Part shown: positions 35,267-46,053 of the stretch, in pieces
How the letters are laid out: every line of letters starts with the position of its first letter
How positions within the stretch are numbered: position 1 is the first letter of the stretch
Notes under the pieces: model-generated
What the model saw: only the letters and a program-made list of their open reading frames with translations
Database searches by the model: none
Told to the model about the DNA's origin: nothing
Program-made: the position numbers and the translations under genes
Assembly: GCA_001784285.1 (NCBI GenBank)
Contig: MFQC01000004.1
Coordinates: forward strand, 1 to 49,485
DNA from: Candidatus Magasanikbacteria bacterium RIFCSPHIGHO2_02_FULL_48_18
Lineage (GTDB): Bacteria > Patescibacteriota > Patescibacteriia > Magasanikbacterales > UBA922
Direction: 5' to 3'
Length of the DNA: 49,485 bases

Positions 35267-35305
35267 AAAAATCATCCCGACCGTTTTGTCGGGGTGATTT
35301 TTTTT
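35267..35305. terminator. Bidirectional terminator
   Basis: AAAAATCATCCCGAC...GTCGGGGTGATTTTTTTT between convergent genes. Confidence 0.75.
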
Positions 35306-35309
35306 ATCC

Positions 35310-36020
35310 TCACATCTGATCAATCAATTTTTTAAAATCCCGCGCGTCTTCATAGCTAATCTCTCCTTTTCGCCGCGCGCGCTCCACGTCCATCCGCATG
35401 GCCATGCGATTGATGCGAGACATGCCGTGGCCGACGCTTTTATTTTTTGCATATCGCTCCACGAGTCCAATGAAAAAATTCCTATCTTTCATCGAAATAT
35501 TCTTATACTGCGCCCGTTTATCCAAAAACATCTTGCGCACAGCCTTGGTATAGAGCATTTTTCGAAATCCGGCGCCTGTTTTGACCGTCGTCACTCGTTG
35601 CTGTATTTTGGATACGCCCCCGGGAACATGCGAAACGGCACCGCGTTCTCCTGCAATACCATGACCAGAGCGCCGCTCGGCCTCCTTTTCATTTGCTTGC
35701 CGTTCTTTGATGAGACGGCGAATATAGGTATATCGCCGTTCATCAGCAGTATCTTCTCCTCTTCTTCGGCTAGGATCTGTTTGTTCATAGACGGAGTGCA
35801 ACCTGCCGTTTGACGCGTCATTGACATGGTGAATGGACGAAAGCGCCTTGTCGTTGCTTTTGCGGAAAATGCTGGTAGACGGGCCCATACTAGCTGTCTC
35901 CTCGACGGATTGCCCGGCCTGCGCATTGGCGGAATGAAGCATGTCGGATTGCCCGAGAGACGACGGCGTATTGGGACGAAGTGCCGGAGGCAAACTGTTT
36001 CCTTGGGTGGTGGGGAGCAT
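35310..36020 (-). CDS. Hypothetical basic protein
   Basis: 236-aa ORF starting just downstream of miaA and ending at the terminator. Confidence 0.6.
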   Translation of the reverse strand: MLPTTQGNSLPPALRPNTPSSLGQSDMLHSANAQAGQSVEETASMGPSTSIFRKSNDKALSSIHHVNDASNGRLHSVYEQTDPSRRRGEDTADERRYTYIRRLIKERQANEKEAERRSGHGIAGERGAVSHVPGGVSKIQQRVTTVKTGAGFRKMLYTKAVRKMFLDKRAQYKNISMKDRNFFIGLVERYAKNKSVGHGMSRINRMAMRMDVERARRKGEISYEDARDFKKLIDQM

Positions 36021-36029
36021 AAAAAAAAA

Positions 36030-36989
36030 TTACGAAGACAAAAATTCTTGTACTTTTTTTTCGGCGTCCTCATACGACGCGCACCATGCAATGCGTTTGT
36101 CTCTCCGAAACCAGGTCAATTGCCGTCTGGCATAATGTTTGGTGTCGCTTTTTAATATATGAATCACGTCGTCGAGCGAACATTGTTTTTCAAAATACGG
36201 ACGAAACTGGCGATACCCGATGCCGTTCATGCTGGGCAAATTCCATCCATATCGCTGTCGTGTCAACGCCTCGACTTCTTTGAAGAGCCCCAATTTCATC
36301 ATCATATCAATGCGATCATCAATGCGCGCGTACAGCTCGTGCCGATCCACCTGAATGCCAATTTGGATGGTGTGAAACAGCGCCTCTCCCCGTTTTTTTT
36401 GCGCTGAAAATGGCTCACCCGTAAAAATACATACTTCAAGAGCCCGAATAACCCGCCGCTTATTCTGCTGATCAATGGAAAATCCGGTGACCGGATCAAG
36501 GCGTCTCAATAATTCAAGCAATTCTTCGTTTTTTTTTCCTTCGAGACTTTTGCGCAATTTGGGATTTGCCGGCACGCGGGGAATATTGAGATTGTCCACA
36601 ATGGAAGAAATATACAGTCCGGTGCCGCCCACGATGAAAGGCACTTTTCCATCCATATGCGCGAGCTTGGCATATTTCAATGCTTTGTCGCGAAACTCCG
36701 CCACGCTGAACGATTTTCCCGGATCCAAAAAATCAATCAAATGATGCGGAACATCTTCCACAAAAAATGTTCTCCTCAGGCCATTGCGCCTCCATTCTCC
36801 GTGCGGCTTTGCAGTGCCAATATCCATTTTTTTATAAATCTGCCGCGAGTCCGCGGAGATCACTTCCCCGCGTATCTTTTTTGCCAAAGGAATGCTCCAC
36901 TCGGTTTTGCCGCACGCGGTCGGGCCGAGCAACACAACCAATTTCGGGAGACGTTTGGTTTCTTCGTGACTGCCAAAAAAATGAATCAC
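36030..36989 (-). CDS. miaA: tRNA dimethylallyltransferase
   Basis: GPTACGKT, SADSRQIY, DIGTAKP, VGGTGLY, YARRQLTWF. Confidence 0.96.
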   Translation of the reverse strand: MIHFFGSHEETKRLPKLVVLLGPTACGKTEWSIPLAKKIRGEVISADSRQIYKKMDIGTAKPHGEWRRNGLRRTFFVEDVPHHLIDFLDPGKSFSVAEFRDKALKYAKLAHMDGKVPFIVGGTGLYISSIVDNLNIPRVPANPKLRKSLEGKKNEELLELLRRLDPVTGFSIDQQNKRRVIRALEVCIFTGEPFSAQKKRGEALFHTIQIGIQVDRHELYARIDDRIDMMMKLGLFKEVEALTRQRYGWNLPSMNGIGYRQFRPYFEKQCSLDDVIHILKSDTKHYARRQLTWFRRDKRIAWCASYEDAEKKVQEFLSS

Positions 36990-37007
36990 ACAATGGAAAT
37001 AAAAAAA

Positions 37008-38366
37008 TTATTTCTTTTGCCTTCCATGGAGAATCCACTCCTCGGCCTGAAAAATTTCAACCGGCTGGATCGTGCCAACCTGCGATGCCTCTCCGTGAAA
37101 ACGGACACGCTTCATTTCGCTTGAATTGCCAAGACAAAATCCATGCGCGTGTTGGTCCACAAGGACAGAGACAGTCTGCCCAACGTATGCCTGATTTTTC
37201 TTCAAGACGGTCTGTTCCATCATTGTCTGGAGCGTCTCCCACCGCCGTTTTTTTTCTTCTTTCGAAACCGAATCCGAAAACGCTTTTGCCGCAACGGTAT
37301 GGCTTCTTTCGGAATACTGGGCCGTATAAGAAATATCGAAATCACAGGCCCTATACAGGGTCACTGTATCATAAAATTGGGCGTCTGTCTCCCCGCTAAA
37401 TCCCACGATGATGTCGGTGCCAATCGCGATTCTTGGGTAAGCGATACGAATGTTGTTGATTGTGTCAAGATAGAACGCGCGGGTATGGCGGCGATTCATC
37501 CGTTTCAATATCTCATCGTTGCCGGACTGAACCGGAAGATGAAGATACTGCACCTGATTTGGCAAACCAAGCGCGTCAATCACCTCCTCATCCATATACA
37601 ACGGATGCGGAGCTGTCCAATGGACTCGTTGTATTCCTGAAATACGCCCCACTTCCCACAACAATTTTGCAAAATCATTATGATGATACGGATTATTGGA
37701 CGAAAAATAGTGCGGATCCGGCGCCCGATAATGATTGACAATCTGGCCAAGAAGCGTGATCTCGATACACCCGCGGGTAGAGAGGGCCTCGACCTCATGA
37801 ATAATATCTTTGAGCGGCCTGTTCACTTCCATGCCTCTTGAAAACGGCACGACGCAGTACGTGCAAAAATGATTACAGCCGGTTTGAATGGTGACAAACG
37901 CTTGAAATGTTTTTTGATAACTGGGCCGAAGCGCCAAATAATCAGCCGCCATATTGTCCATGGGGCGAAACGCAGGATTCAATTCCGAGAGCCTCTGCGG
38001 AAGCAAAATCATGTCTTTGGTGGAAAAAAACAAATCAACGTGGGGTAATTTTTTTCGCAATGACCCGTCTCGATCTCGGCCGGGCATACAGCCGGTGACA
38101 CAAATAAGAAGTTCCGGTTTTGTTTTTTTAAGCCGCGCAAACTCCCGAGAAAGCCCAAAAATGCGATCCTCAGCGGATTTTCTGACCGAACAGCTGTTCA
38201 AAACAATGACATCTGCGTCTTTTGGATCCTCCGTACCAGAAAATCCCATGCCTTTCAGCACGGATTCGAGCCGTTCGGAGTCGTTTTTGTTCATTTGGCA
38301 CCCCAAAGTAACAACACAATAGCGATACGCCGACAAAGACTGAGATGGCAAAAAGGAAGAGTGCAT
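37008..38366 (-). CDS. miaB: tRNA-2-methylthio-N6-dimethylallyladenosine synthase (radical SAM)
   Basis: GCQMN..DSE, NSCSVR..AE, CNHFCTYC, HLPVQSG, DIIVGF.GET, TRAM tail; adjacent to miaA. Confidence 0.92.
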   Translation of the reverse strand: MHSSFLPSQSLSAYRYCVVTLGCQMNKNDSERLESVLKGMGFSGTEDPKDADVIVLNSCSVRKSAEDRIFGLSREFARLKKTKPELLICVTGCMPGRDRDGSLRKKLPHVDLFFSTKDMILLPQRLSELNPAFRPMDNMAADYLALRPSYQKTFQAFVTIQTGCNHFCTYCVVPFSRGMEVNRPLKDIIHEVEALSTRGCIEITLLGQIVNHYRAPDPHYFSSNNPYHHNDFAKLLWEVGRISGIQRVHWTAPHPLYMDEEVIDALGLPNQVQYLHLPVQSGNDEILKRMNRRHTRAFYLDTINNIRIAYPRIAIGTDIIVGFSGETDAQFYDTVTLYRACDFDISYTAQYSERSHTVAAKAFSDSVSKEEKKRRWETLQTMMEQTVLKKNQAYVGQTVSVLVDQHAHGFCLGNSSEMKRVRFHGEASQVGTIQPVEIFQAEEWILHGRQKK

Positions 38367-38472
38367 ATAGGGAAGGGTAGTATACAAAAAAAATGAAAAA
38401 AAACAACTCTTATCCGCTTCATGTGCTTTTTTATATTTTGCTAAGAAAAAAACTCTATTTTTAGTGAAAAAA

Positions 38473-38501
38473 TTGACAAAAGGCATAAAAAATGCTATAA
38501 T
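38473..38501 (+). promoter_or_regulatory. Consensus sigma70 promoter
   Basis: TTGACA (38473-78), 17 nt spacer, TATAAT (38496-501) with extended TG. Confidence 0.75.
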
Positions 38502-38538
38502 ATTATTATTTAGTATTCATTTATTGATTATCGCATAT

Positions 38539-39738
38539 ATGCGAGGTGAACCTACTCGCCGTGGAATATTTTTCCGAAGAGGAGAACCAACAGATACCCA
38601 CCTAGACGAATGGGCGGAAAGAAGTCCGCATTCCGGCGATCATCCAACGAAACAAGACCCTGATACCATTCCGGACGTTTTGATGCGCGGTGCGCCTCCG
38701 GCAATGGAATACCCATGGGAAAATGATAGCCGACAAAATTTTCAAAATCCGAAATATTTCCCTGCGAAATATTCGGACACTCGCCCTGAGCTTGCTCCCA
38801 TAGCCAATGACCTCAATTTTTTTGCTCAGCTTCAAAAAAAATCAAATGACATATTTCCTCTATGGAGTGAATTTGAGTACCTGGCCGGTGCTGTGCATGG
38901 AAAAGATGCACCCTCGATCCTTTACCCGGCAAAAGCAGAGATTGGACATCTATACGGAGGAGATGAAAAAAATATTCCCGCAGTTATCGAGGCATTAAAA
39001 GAAAAAATCCGCAATACCAAAAAAGAACAAAAACAGCAAAGAGAAGAGACAAAAATACCCTTGTACATCAATCATTTAATACAAAGCGCCGACCAATATA
39101 TTGCGACCAAACGCACAGGCGGAGCGGAGAGCGCATCCACGCTCGATCAGGCAATCGCCGGCCTTACCAATAACCCGGAAACGAGACAAAAAGCGCACGC
39201 ATGGCTGAATGAGCATGAAGATAAAAAAACACAGCTAGATAACATTGCCCGTCGCACGAGAGCGCTCATGAGAACGTCTGATGGAGACATTGAACTCCAA
39301 ACACTGATCGAAGGAACCATGCTCCTTTTGCAAGGCGACTCAAAACAGATAGACTCCCCCGCGTCAGAGCAAACGATGCCACCTCAGACTGCGGAAGACA
39401 AAAAAACACCTTTGGCAATAAAAAAAGAACAAATTCAAACCGCGTATACCCAATATAAAGCGGAAAAAAATCCGGAACAGCGCGCGGCGCGTATTGCTCA
39501 ATTGCCAAAAAGCCTCCAGCCGCTTGCCAGCCAACTGGAAAAATATCTTCATGAGATTGCGGAAGCCGAGGCAGATGCTGACGCGTCGTTTTTCTCCATG
39601 AGAAAACTCAAATCATTTTTCAAACCCAGAAAAAATCCGGAAATGCTCACTCTTGCGGCCAACAACGTGCGCCAAGAGTTGCGACAAAAAATGCAAGCCA
39701 TTCTGTCTGCAAAAACCACCGAGGAACTGGAAAAATAA
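38539..39738 (+). CDS. Hypothetical helical protein
   Basis: 399-codon ORF downstream of a consensus promoter; no recognised motif. Confidence 0.7.
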   Translation: MRGEPTRRGIFFRRGEPTDTHLDEWAERSPHSGDHPTKQDPDTIPDVLMRGAPPAMEYPWENDSRQNFQNPKYFPAKYSDTRPELAPIANDLNFFAQLQKKSNDIFPLWSEFEYLAGAVHGKDAPSILYPAKAEIGHLYGGDEKNIPAVIEALKEKIRNTKKEQKQQREETKIPLYINHLIQSADQYIATKRTGGAESASTLDQAIAGLTNNPETRQKAHAWLNEHEDKKTQLDNIARRTRALMRTSDGDIELQTLIEGTMLLLQGDSKQIDSPASEQTMPPQTAEDKKTPLAIKKEQIQTAYTQYKAEKNPEQRAARIAQLPKSLQPLASQLEKYLHEIAEAEADADASFFSMRKLKSFFKPRKNPEMLTLAANNVRQELRQKMQAILSAKTTEELEK

Positions 39739-39778
39739 TTTTCGCAACCGTTCAATTTATTCTTAATCTGTATATGCT

Positions 39779-40348
39779 ATGGGAATTTTTGACGTATTTC
39801 GCAATTCTGAGGCGCGGCGAGCCGCGGCATTGGCAACAGGGATAAAAGCCGCGACAGGAGCCCCTTCCGAAAGCGAAGCAAAAGAACCGCCAACCATTAT
39901 TGCCGAAGCCTCAAAGGAAGACGCTTCTCCATCGCGGGAACGCCTGTCTTCGCAAGAAGAACAACAACAATTGATGGACCGGTACGAAGCAATTAACCAA
40001 GAACTAGGAACACTCCAAGACCAAAGCACGCCCGAGGCGCGCACATTGATTGAGGAAAGACAAACGATTCTCGAGATGCCAGGCATGGTTGAAGCGCTGG
40101 CCGCAAGAACGCAGGAAAGAGTAACAAAACCAAAGGGAGATGCCCCCAGCCAACCATTTGAACTCAAATACCGCGGAGACCGCCCGCTGGTTGAACACCC
40201 GCTCAATGCTCTTATACGCCAAGATGATCCGAATCTGAACCCATCGAGACGGAGAGAACAGCCAAGAGAATCACATCCAGGTCTGTCCCGAGAAAAACCG
40301 GATAGCACCGCGGGCGGCGTACCACAGACGACAAAAGGCGGGAAATGA
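39779..40348 (+). CDS. Hypothetical low-complexity protein
   Basis: 189-aa hydrophilic ORF, convergent with thrS. Confidence 0.6.
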   Translation: MGIFDVFRNSEARRAAALATGIKAATGAPSESEAKEPPTIIAEASKEDASPSRERLSSQEEQQQLMDRYEAINQELGTLQDQSTPEARTLIEERQTILEMPGMVEALAARTQERVTKPKGDAPSQPFELKYRGDRPLVEHPLNALIRQDDPNLNPSRRREQPRESHPGLSREKPDSTAGGVPQTTKGGK

Positions 40349-42112
40349 TTAGAATATTCGTTTTGTCGCGATGTCATGAAGAACGCGCGCAATAAAGGCT
40401 TCTTTTTGTATCACTTCTTGTTTCTCTTGTCCGCGAATCCGAATGACCCAATCTTCCCCGGCCGCTTCTTTGTCGCCAAAAACGACAATGTAGGGAATTT
40501 TTTGACTTACGGATTTACGAATTTTATTGCCAACGGTTTCATCCGTTTCATCGACAACGACGCGGATGCCGTTTGCATGAAAATCAACGGCCTGCGTTTT
40601 GACCGCCTCGCGATGCTTTTCCGAGACCGGTACGAATTGAACCTGGACCGGAGCAAGCCAAAGAGGAAACGCACCCGCATAGTGTTCAATCAAAAATGCA
40701 AATGTTCTTTCGATCGCGCCAATTGACGAACGATGAATCACAATCGGCTGTTTTTCGGTCCCGTCTTTATCAATATATCGCAAATCAAACCGCTCTGGCA
40801 TGCAAAAATCATATTGGACAGTAAACGCGGTGTCTTCTTTGCCAAGCACATTTCGCATCTGAATATCAATCTTCGGACCATAAAATGCGGCTTCATTTTG
40901 CGCCTCTGCGAATGGCGCGCCGCGTTCCTGCAAGATGGCGCGGAGCGTCTCTTCTCCCTCATCCCAGGCCGCATCATTCTTATAATATTTTTCTGTATTC
41001 TCTCTGTCCCCCAAAGAAAGCCGATAGGAAAAATCCTTTCCTTTCACCAGTCCAAACACACTGCACATATATTCCACGAGGTCCAACACGTCCGTCAGTT
41101 CGCCCTTCACCTGTTCGGGCATGCAAATAATATGCGCGTCGGCCAAACAAAAACTTCGGACACGCATCATCCCAGTCAGTTCTCCTGATTTTTCATACCG
41201 AAAAAGCCTGGCAAGTTCCGCAATGCGCATTGGTAATTCTCGATACGATCGCTTCTTGTCCTGATACAGCATAAAGTGATGCGGGCAGGTCATGGGACGT
41301 AATATGAGTTCTTCTTCATCAATCTGCATGGGCGGATACATGGTATTTTTGTAATACGGAAAATGACCGGACTTGCGATATAAATCCACTTTAGCAAGTT
41401 CTGGGGTGATAACATGCAAGTATCCACGACGGAGTTCTTCTGCAACAACAAAATTTTCAAGCTCGCGACGAATGGTTGCGCCGCGATGCGTCCAAAGCGG
41501 CAACCCTTTTCCAATAAGATCTGAAAACGTGAAAAGATCAAGCTCTTTCCCAAGTTTTCTGTGGTCGCGCTTTTTTGCTTCTTCAAGCATGACAAGATAG
41601 TTGTCTAATTCTTTTTGCGCAGGAAAACAGGTTCCATAGATGCGCGTGAGCATCTGCCGTTTTTCGTCGCCACGCCAATACGCGCCGGCAATTTTCAAAA
41701 GTTTAAAATGTTGTAATTCTTTTTGTGGGTCATCTGAATGTCCGCCTTTGCACAAATCTAAAAAATTTCCCGGATTATTTTCCGTGATGGTTTTTCCTTC
41801 TTTTCCAAAATCCTGAATCAGTTCTAATTTGTAGGGATTATCGGCAAAATCTTTTTGTGCTTGCTCAAGCGACACTTCTTTCACTTCAAACTGACCCCAA
41901 GTCTTCAGGATCTCTCGCATCTTTTTTTCTATTTGTTCAAAATCACTTTCAGAAATTTTGACCTCTCCCATATCAAAATCCTGATAAAATCCGTCCTCAA
42001 TAGCCGGCCCAATCGCATTTTTTGCGCCTGGCCAAAGCTGTTTCACTGCCGCGGCCAAAAGATGGGCGCAGGAATGGCGCGCCTGACTCAATTGTTCTTT
42101 TTGTTCATGCAT
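40349..42112 (-). CDS. thrS: Threonyl-tRNA synthetase (no N-terminal TGS domain)
   Basis: RHSCAHLLA, DLCKGGH, GAYWRG, RDHRKLG, RPMTCPHH, FYGPKID, IHRSSIG. Confidence 0.97.
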   Translation of the reverse strand: MHEQKEQLSQARHSCAHLLAAAVKQLWPGAKNAIGPAIEDGFYQDFDMGEVKISESDFEQIEKKMREILKTWGQFEVKEVSLEQAQKDFADNPYKLELIQDFGKEGKTITENNPGNFLDLCKGGHSDDPQKELQHFKLLKIAGAYWRGDEKRQMLTRIYGTCFPAQKELDNYLVMLEEAKKRDHRKLGKELDLFTFSDLIGKGLPLWTHRGATIRRELENFVVAEELRRGYLHVITPELAKVDLYRKSGHFPYYKNTMYPPMQIDEEELILRPMTCPHHFMLYQDKKRSYRELPMRIAELARLFRYEKSGELTGMMRVRSFCLADAHIICMPEQVKGELTDVLDLVEYMCSVFGLVKGKDFSYRLSLGDRENTEKYYKNDAAWDEGEETLRAILQERGAPFAEAQNEAAFYGPKIDIQMRNVLGKEDTAFTVQYDFCMPERFDLRYIDKDGTEKQPIVIHRSSIGAIERTFAFLIEHYAGAFPLWLAPVQVQFVPVSEKHREAVKTQAVDFHANGIRVVVDETDETVGNKIRKSVSQKIPYIVVFGDKEAAGEDWVIRIRGQEKQEVIQKEAFIARVLHDIATKRIF

Positions 42113-42120
42113 AAAAAAAA

Positions 42121-43287
42121 TCAAGAGTTTGCCTCCTCATTCAGCACTTTTTTGATCAGCACATTGACATGCTCAGGCACAAACGGAATGGTGCGCACCC
42201 AGAGCGGAGAAAATTCCACGTCCACACGATAAACATGATCAAGAGAAAGCAAATAACGGCGAACTTCATCTCTATTTTTTCCGAAAAACATGGTCTTGGC
42301 CAATTGCGGACTTTCCGGATTCAGAGAAATAAGACCGTTTTGCGATGCCTCAAGGGTGGCTGTTTTCTTTTCAGGGTCATAGTCAGTCAATATCACAGAC
42401 AATTCTCCTTCGGAGGACCGAAACATTTCATTTTCACTCATCAATCGTTTGAGAAATTCCTTGCGCATGATCGCCTCCATGTCGTCGGCGGAATACAATA
42501 TCCCCACCACTTCCGCGGCGCCGAACATGGTAAAGGCTTTGCTCTCAGTTCCAATTGGGACGGTTGTTGACGCGGTTTGATTCATAGCAGAAAATACCAC
42601 GCCCTTTGCCGCGTCCGGATATTGCGCCCGCAATTGCGCCTGTCCTTCTTCTTTCATAAGAAGCGCCAATTGTTTTTCCGCCTTTTCAATATCATCTTTG
42701 CCAACAACGCCAACGAGTTGCACCCCTCCGGAAATAGGACTGTCGCTCGTCCCATAAATCACTTTTTGCTTTTCTTCGCTCAAGCCTGGAATGGTAAACC
42801 GATTGACCGGCCCGATATTGCCCTGCGCGCCCTCCTGGTCCGCATACACAGCCGCCTCAATCGTTCCATTGGCGGGAACGGTGACACGATTTTTGAGCCG
42901 GTACAGCGCCTGATTGGGAGCCAAAAGCCTGGTTGTTGCAATCAATGGCTGGGGTGCTGACGATTCATTGTGCAGAACGACCATGCCGGTTGCAACCGCA
43001 ATTTCTTCTTTGGTGGCGCCCGGCGTAAATTCCTTTGACAGAGAAACCGTAACGCTTGCAATCTGCCCCGGTATTGTCGCTTGGATGCCCTCCGGCGCAA
43101 TCGTCACTGTTGTTTTTGCCTCAATAGGATCATCCTTGGTAATAATGGTAATGGTTGCCCGCTTGCTTGACATAAATATGATCACGCCAAGGAGGACAAC
43201 CGTCAAAAAAAGAAATGATAATGCAACAAATTTGTACAACCGAACCGGTTGATTGGAGATTGCGGAAGAAGATTGACGAGGACTCAT
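42121..43287 (-). CDS. Membrane-anchored protein with baseplate-J-like beta domain (common CPR family)
   Basis: N-terminal TM; ATG.V...N.S..PQPL..TTRL, V.ADQEG..GNIGP..FTIPGL. Confidence 0.6.
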   Translation of the reverse strand: MSPRQSSSAISNQPVRLYKFVALSFLFLTVVLLGVIIFMSSKRATITIITKDDPIEAKTTVTIAPEGIQATIPGQIASVTVSLSKEFTPGATKEEIAVATGMVVLHNESSAPQPLIATTRLLAPNQALYRLKNRVTVPANGTIEAAVYADQEGAQGNIGPVNRFTIPGLSEEKQKVIYGTSDSPISGGVQLVGVVGKDDIEKAEKQLALLMKEEGQAQLRAQYPDAAKGVVFSAMNQTASTTVPIGTESKAFTMFGAAEVVGILYSADDMEAIMRKEFLKRLMSENEMFRSSEGELSVILTDYDPEKKTATLEASQNGLISLNPESPQLAKTMFFGKNRDEVRRYLLSLDHVYRVDVEFSPLWVRTIPFVPEHVNVLIKKVLNEEANS

Positions 43288-43317
43288 AGAAAAAAAAGAA
43301 AATAGTCATGCCACTAT

Positions 43318-45054
43318 TTATTCTATCACGCGAAATACTTCATGAATAGAGGTGGTGCCATCAATCGCTTTTACAATGCCATCCTGGGCCATAGTCACCA
43401 TGCCCTGCTCTCGAAGAAGGGCGGCCATATCGTGTTCGGAAAATGAACCCTCATGAATCATGTCGGCAACTTCCGCGGTAATGGGAAAAATTTCATACAC
43501 GCCAATGCGTCCTTTATACCCAATATTGTTGCATTGAGTGCATCCTTTTGGCTCAGGGAAAACCAATGGTTTGCCGGCAATTTCTTTTTTTGCATCTTCC
43601 GGCATGGCATCAATAAGCTCATGAATCTGGTCTTGGATGCTTTGCTGATACGCGTCAATCGGTTGCATGGTGTGACATGCGACGCAGATGCGGCGAACCA
43701 AGCGCTGACCCAAAACTGCATTCAGCGCATGATCAAGCAAAAACGATTTTACTCCCATCGATAAAAAACGAGAGACAGCCCCAATCGCATTGTTGGTATG
43801 AAGCGTCGAAAGCATCATATGCCCGGTCAAGGCGGCGTCAATAGCGATATTTGCCGTTTCCAAATCGCGAATTTCCCCAACCATAACAATGTCCGGGTCC
43901 TGACGCAAGAGAGACCTCAGGCCTTTGGCAAACGTATAGTCTTTTGAGTGCTCAATCTGGCTCTGGTTCACTCCCTCAATACGGTACTCAACAGGATCCT
44001 CAAGCGTAATGATTTTGACCCCTGGTTTGTTGAGAATTTTTAAAATGGCATACAGCGTGGTTGTCTTTCCGCTTCCGGTTGGACCGGTGGTAATAATCAT
44101 GCCATTTGGCCGGCGAATTTCTCGAGCAAGAATGTCGTACGCCCGCTCGCGAAGCCCCAAGCCCTCAAGCGTGATCCCCTCTTGGTTTTGACGCAACAGG
44201 CGCAAAACGACGGATTCGCCATACACGGTCGGCATAGTGGACACGCGGACATCCACGTCTCCGTTCGAGAGACGAATGGTGAATCGCCCGTCTTGGGGCT
44301 TGTCGGTAATATTGATTTTTAATCCCGAAACCAGCTTGATTCTTGAGACCAATCGCTGAAATATCTCTTTTGGCAGGCGCGCCGCGTCATGCAAAATACC
44401 ATCGAGCCGGAGACGGACCACAATGCCATTTTCTTCCGTTTCAATATGGACGTCAGACGCATCCAATTTGAGACCCGCTCCCAATAAGACCGTCACCAAA
44501 TCCGACATTCCCTTATCTTGCACCAATTCCTGAAACGATGCAAAATCGTTCACAGTTGCCTGAACATTCGCCAAATCGCTCTCATGAATTTCGACATCTT
44601 TGGTAATGGGCTTAATTATGGGAAGCGTGTTGTACAAATCAAGCACGCGTTCCAGACTTTTTTCTGAAATGGTGTATAATTTGCCGTTCACATGGTCGCG
44701 CTTTTCCAGTGTGGCAAGAAGCGCCGCGACTTCTGCATTGGTGGGGTCGAGCGCGCCGATTCTGATTTCATCCTGATCCACAAAAAAACAGACAGCACCG
44801 AGCCGCGTGGCGTCGTCTCTCGGAATTTGTTTGAGCGCCAATTGACTCACCGGAAATTTGTCCAAATCAATATGCGGCACTCCTGCTTTATCCGCAAACC
44901 GCATGGCTTTCACTTCAAATTCTTTCTTTTCAACCTCTCCCATTTTTTTTGCGAACTGTTTGGCGACATTGGAAGAAAAGAGAGACAAACTCGGATGGCG
45001 TCCGGGATCTTGAGATCCTTTGGTGTTGTCGTCACCGTGCGGCGTATCGTGCAT
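43318..45054 (-). CDS. PilB/GspE-family type IV pilus assembly ATPase
   Basis: ASDVHIE, RLDG, PQDGR, GPTGSGKTTT, EDPVE, LRQDPD, TGH...STLHTN, CxxC...CxxC, GYKGR. Confidence 0.92.
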   Translation of the reverse strand: MHDTPHGDDNTKGSQDPGRHPSLSLFSSNVAKQFAKKMGEVEKKEFEVKAMRFADKAGVPHIDLDKFPVSQLALKQIPRDDATRLGAVCFFVDQDEIRIGALDPTNAEVAALLATLEKRDHVNGKLYTISEKSLERVLDLYNTLPIIKPITKDVEIHESDLANVQATVNDFASFQELVQDKGMSDLVTVLLGAGLKLDASDVHIETEENGIVVRLRLDGILHDAARLPKEIFQRLVSRIKLVSGLKINITDKPQDGRFTIRLSNGDVDVRVSTMPTVYGESVVLRLLRQNQEGITLEGLGLRERAYDILAREIRRPNGMIITTGPTGSGKTTTLYAILKILNKPGVKIITLEDPVEYRIEGVNQSQIEHSKDYTFAKGLRSLLRQDPDIVMVGEIRDLETANIAIDAALTGHMMLSTLHTNNAIGAVSRFLSMGVKSFLLDHALNAVLGQRLVRRICVACHTMQPIDAYQQSIQDQIHELIDAMPEDAKKEIAGKPLVFPEPKGCTQCNNIGYKGRIGVYEIFPITAEVADMIHEGSFSEHDMAALLREQGMVTMAQDGIVKAIDGTTSIHEVFRVIE

Positions 45055-45063
45055 ACCGGTCGT

Positions 45064-46053
45064 TTATCCTTTTTTTAAAAATTGGAAAAAACCAATGACA
45101 CGGCTCCGCACGCCCTCTTTATGCATTTTCATGAAAAGATACGTCCAAACCGAAACGGTGAACACTTGAAAAAAGGACCAGAGCAAAAAGACAAAAAGAA
45201 GAAAAAACGCCCCGCCAATTACCATTCCGAGCGTAAAGAGAACCGCCTTGCCAGTCAGAACCGCAATGAACCATAAAAGCAGGGTGGGGAAAAAGAACAC
45301 CACAAGCCCCACAAAAGAAACGAGCCCGGTCAAAAGTGTCGCAAAAAACAAGAGCAATCCAATTTCCAAAGACACCAGCCAGTGGTCAACAAACAATCGC
45401 CACCCTGCGGCAATCGCCTTTCCCAATGGATATTCTTCGACAACGATATAGCATGCGGCATAAATAACCAAAAATGAGACAACCATGCCAAGCATCATAA
45501 CCACAAAAAAGAATACAGAGAACAAAAGAGAATCAGCGGTGTTCATCCCGGTTGCCATATATGATGCGACAACCGCCATAAGAAGAACCAAAAAAGCAAA
45601 GATGGTTTTTTTCGCCAAAAAAATAAAAAAGAGCCGCCAAAAGTGTTTGACCCCCGTATGCCATGCTTTGCCCATATGCACGGACGCGGTTTTCTTTTTC
45701 ACGGATGAGGCAACCACAGCAATCATGGCGCCGTATGATACCACCGCTATAAAGGTCCCAATCACCAAAAAACTTGTAACGAAAACAAACGACCACAAAA
45801 GCCACACCCAGATATCGAATGACAGGCTGTTGATACCCGTCAAAAGGAGAGAACCGATGAGGCCTGGCAAACCAATCCACAGCCCAAATTGACTCGTGAC
45901 CGATACATCCGAAAGCCCTGCGCTCGCAAAAAATTCAAACATGCCCATCTGCCCAAGAAGGGCGGAAAAAAAACCAAAGACCCACAAGAGTTTATATTTC
46001 CATGCAAGGCCGAGCCCGTGTTGAAGTGCATCCCGATACAGTGGTGTTTTCAT
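45064..46053 (-). CDS. Multi-pass membrane protein
   Basis: Multiple TM helices; AWKYKLLWVFGFF N-terminal pattern. Confidence 0.7.
   Translation of the reverse strand: MKTPLYRDALQHGLGLAWKYKLLWVFGFFSALLGQMGMFEFFASAGLSDVSVTSQFGLWIGLPGLIGSLLLTGINSLSFDIWVWLLWSFVFVTSFLVIGTFIAVVSYGAMIAVVASSVKKKTASVHMGKAWHTGVKHFWRLFFIFLAKKTIFAFLVLLMAVVASYMATGMNTADSLLFSVFFFVVMMLGMVVSFLVIYAACYIVVEEYPLGKAIAAGWRLFVDHWLVSLEIGLLLFFATLLTGLVSFVGLVVFFFPTLLLWFIAVLTGKAVLFTLGMVIGGAFFLLFVFLLWSFFQVFTVSVWTYLFMKMHKEGVRSRVIGFFQFLKKG

Noticed and set aside
42121-43287. Prophage or contractile injection system from a baseplate-J-like gene
   Set aside because: It is a single membrane-anchored gene among housekeeping genes, with no other structural phage genes.
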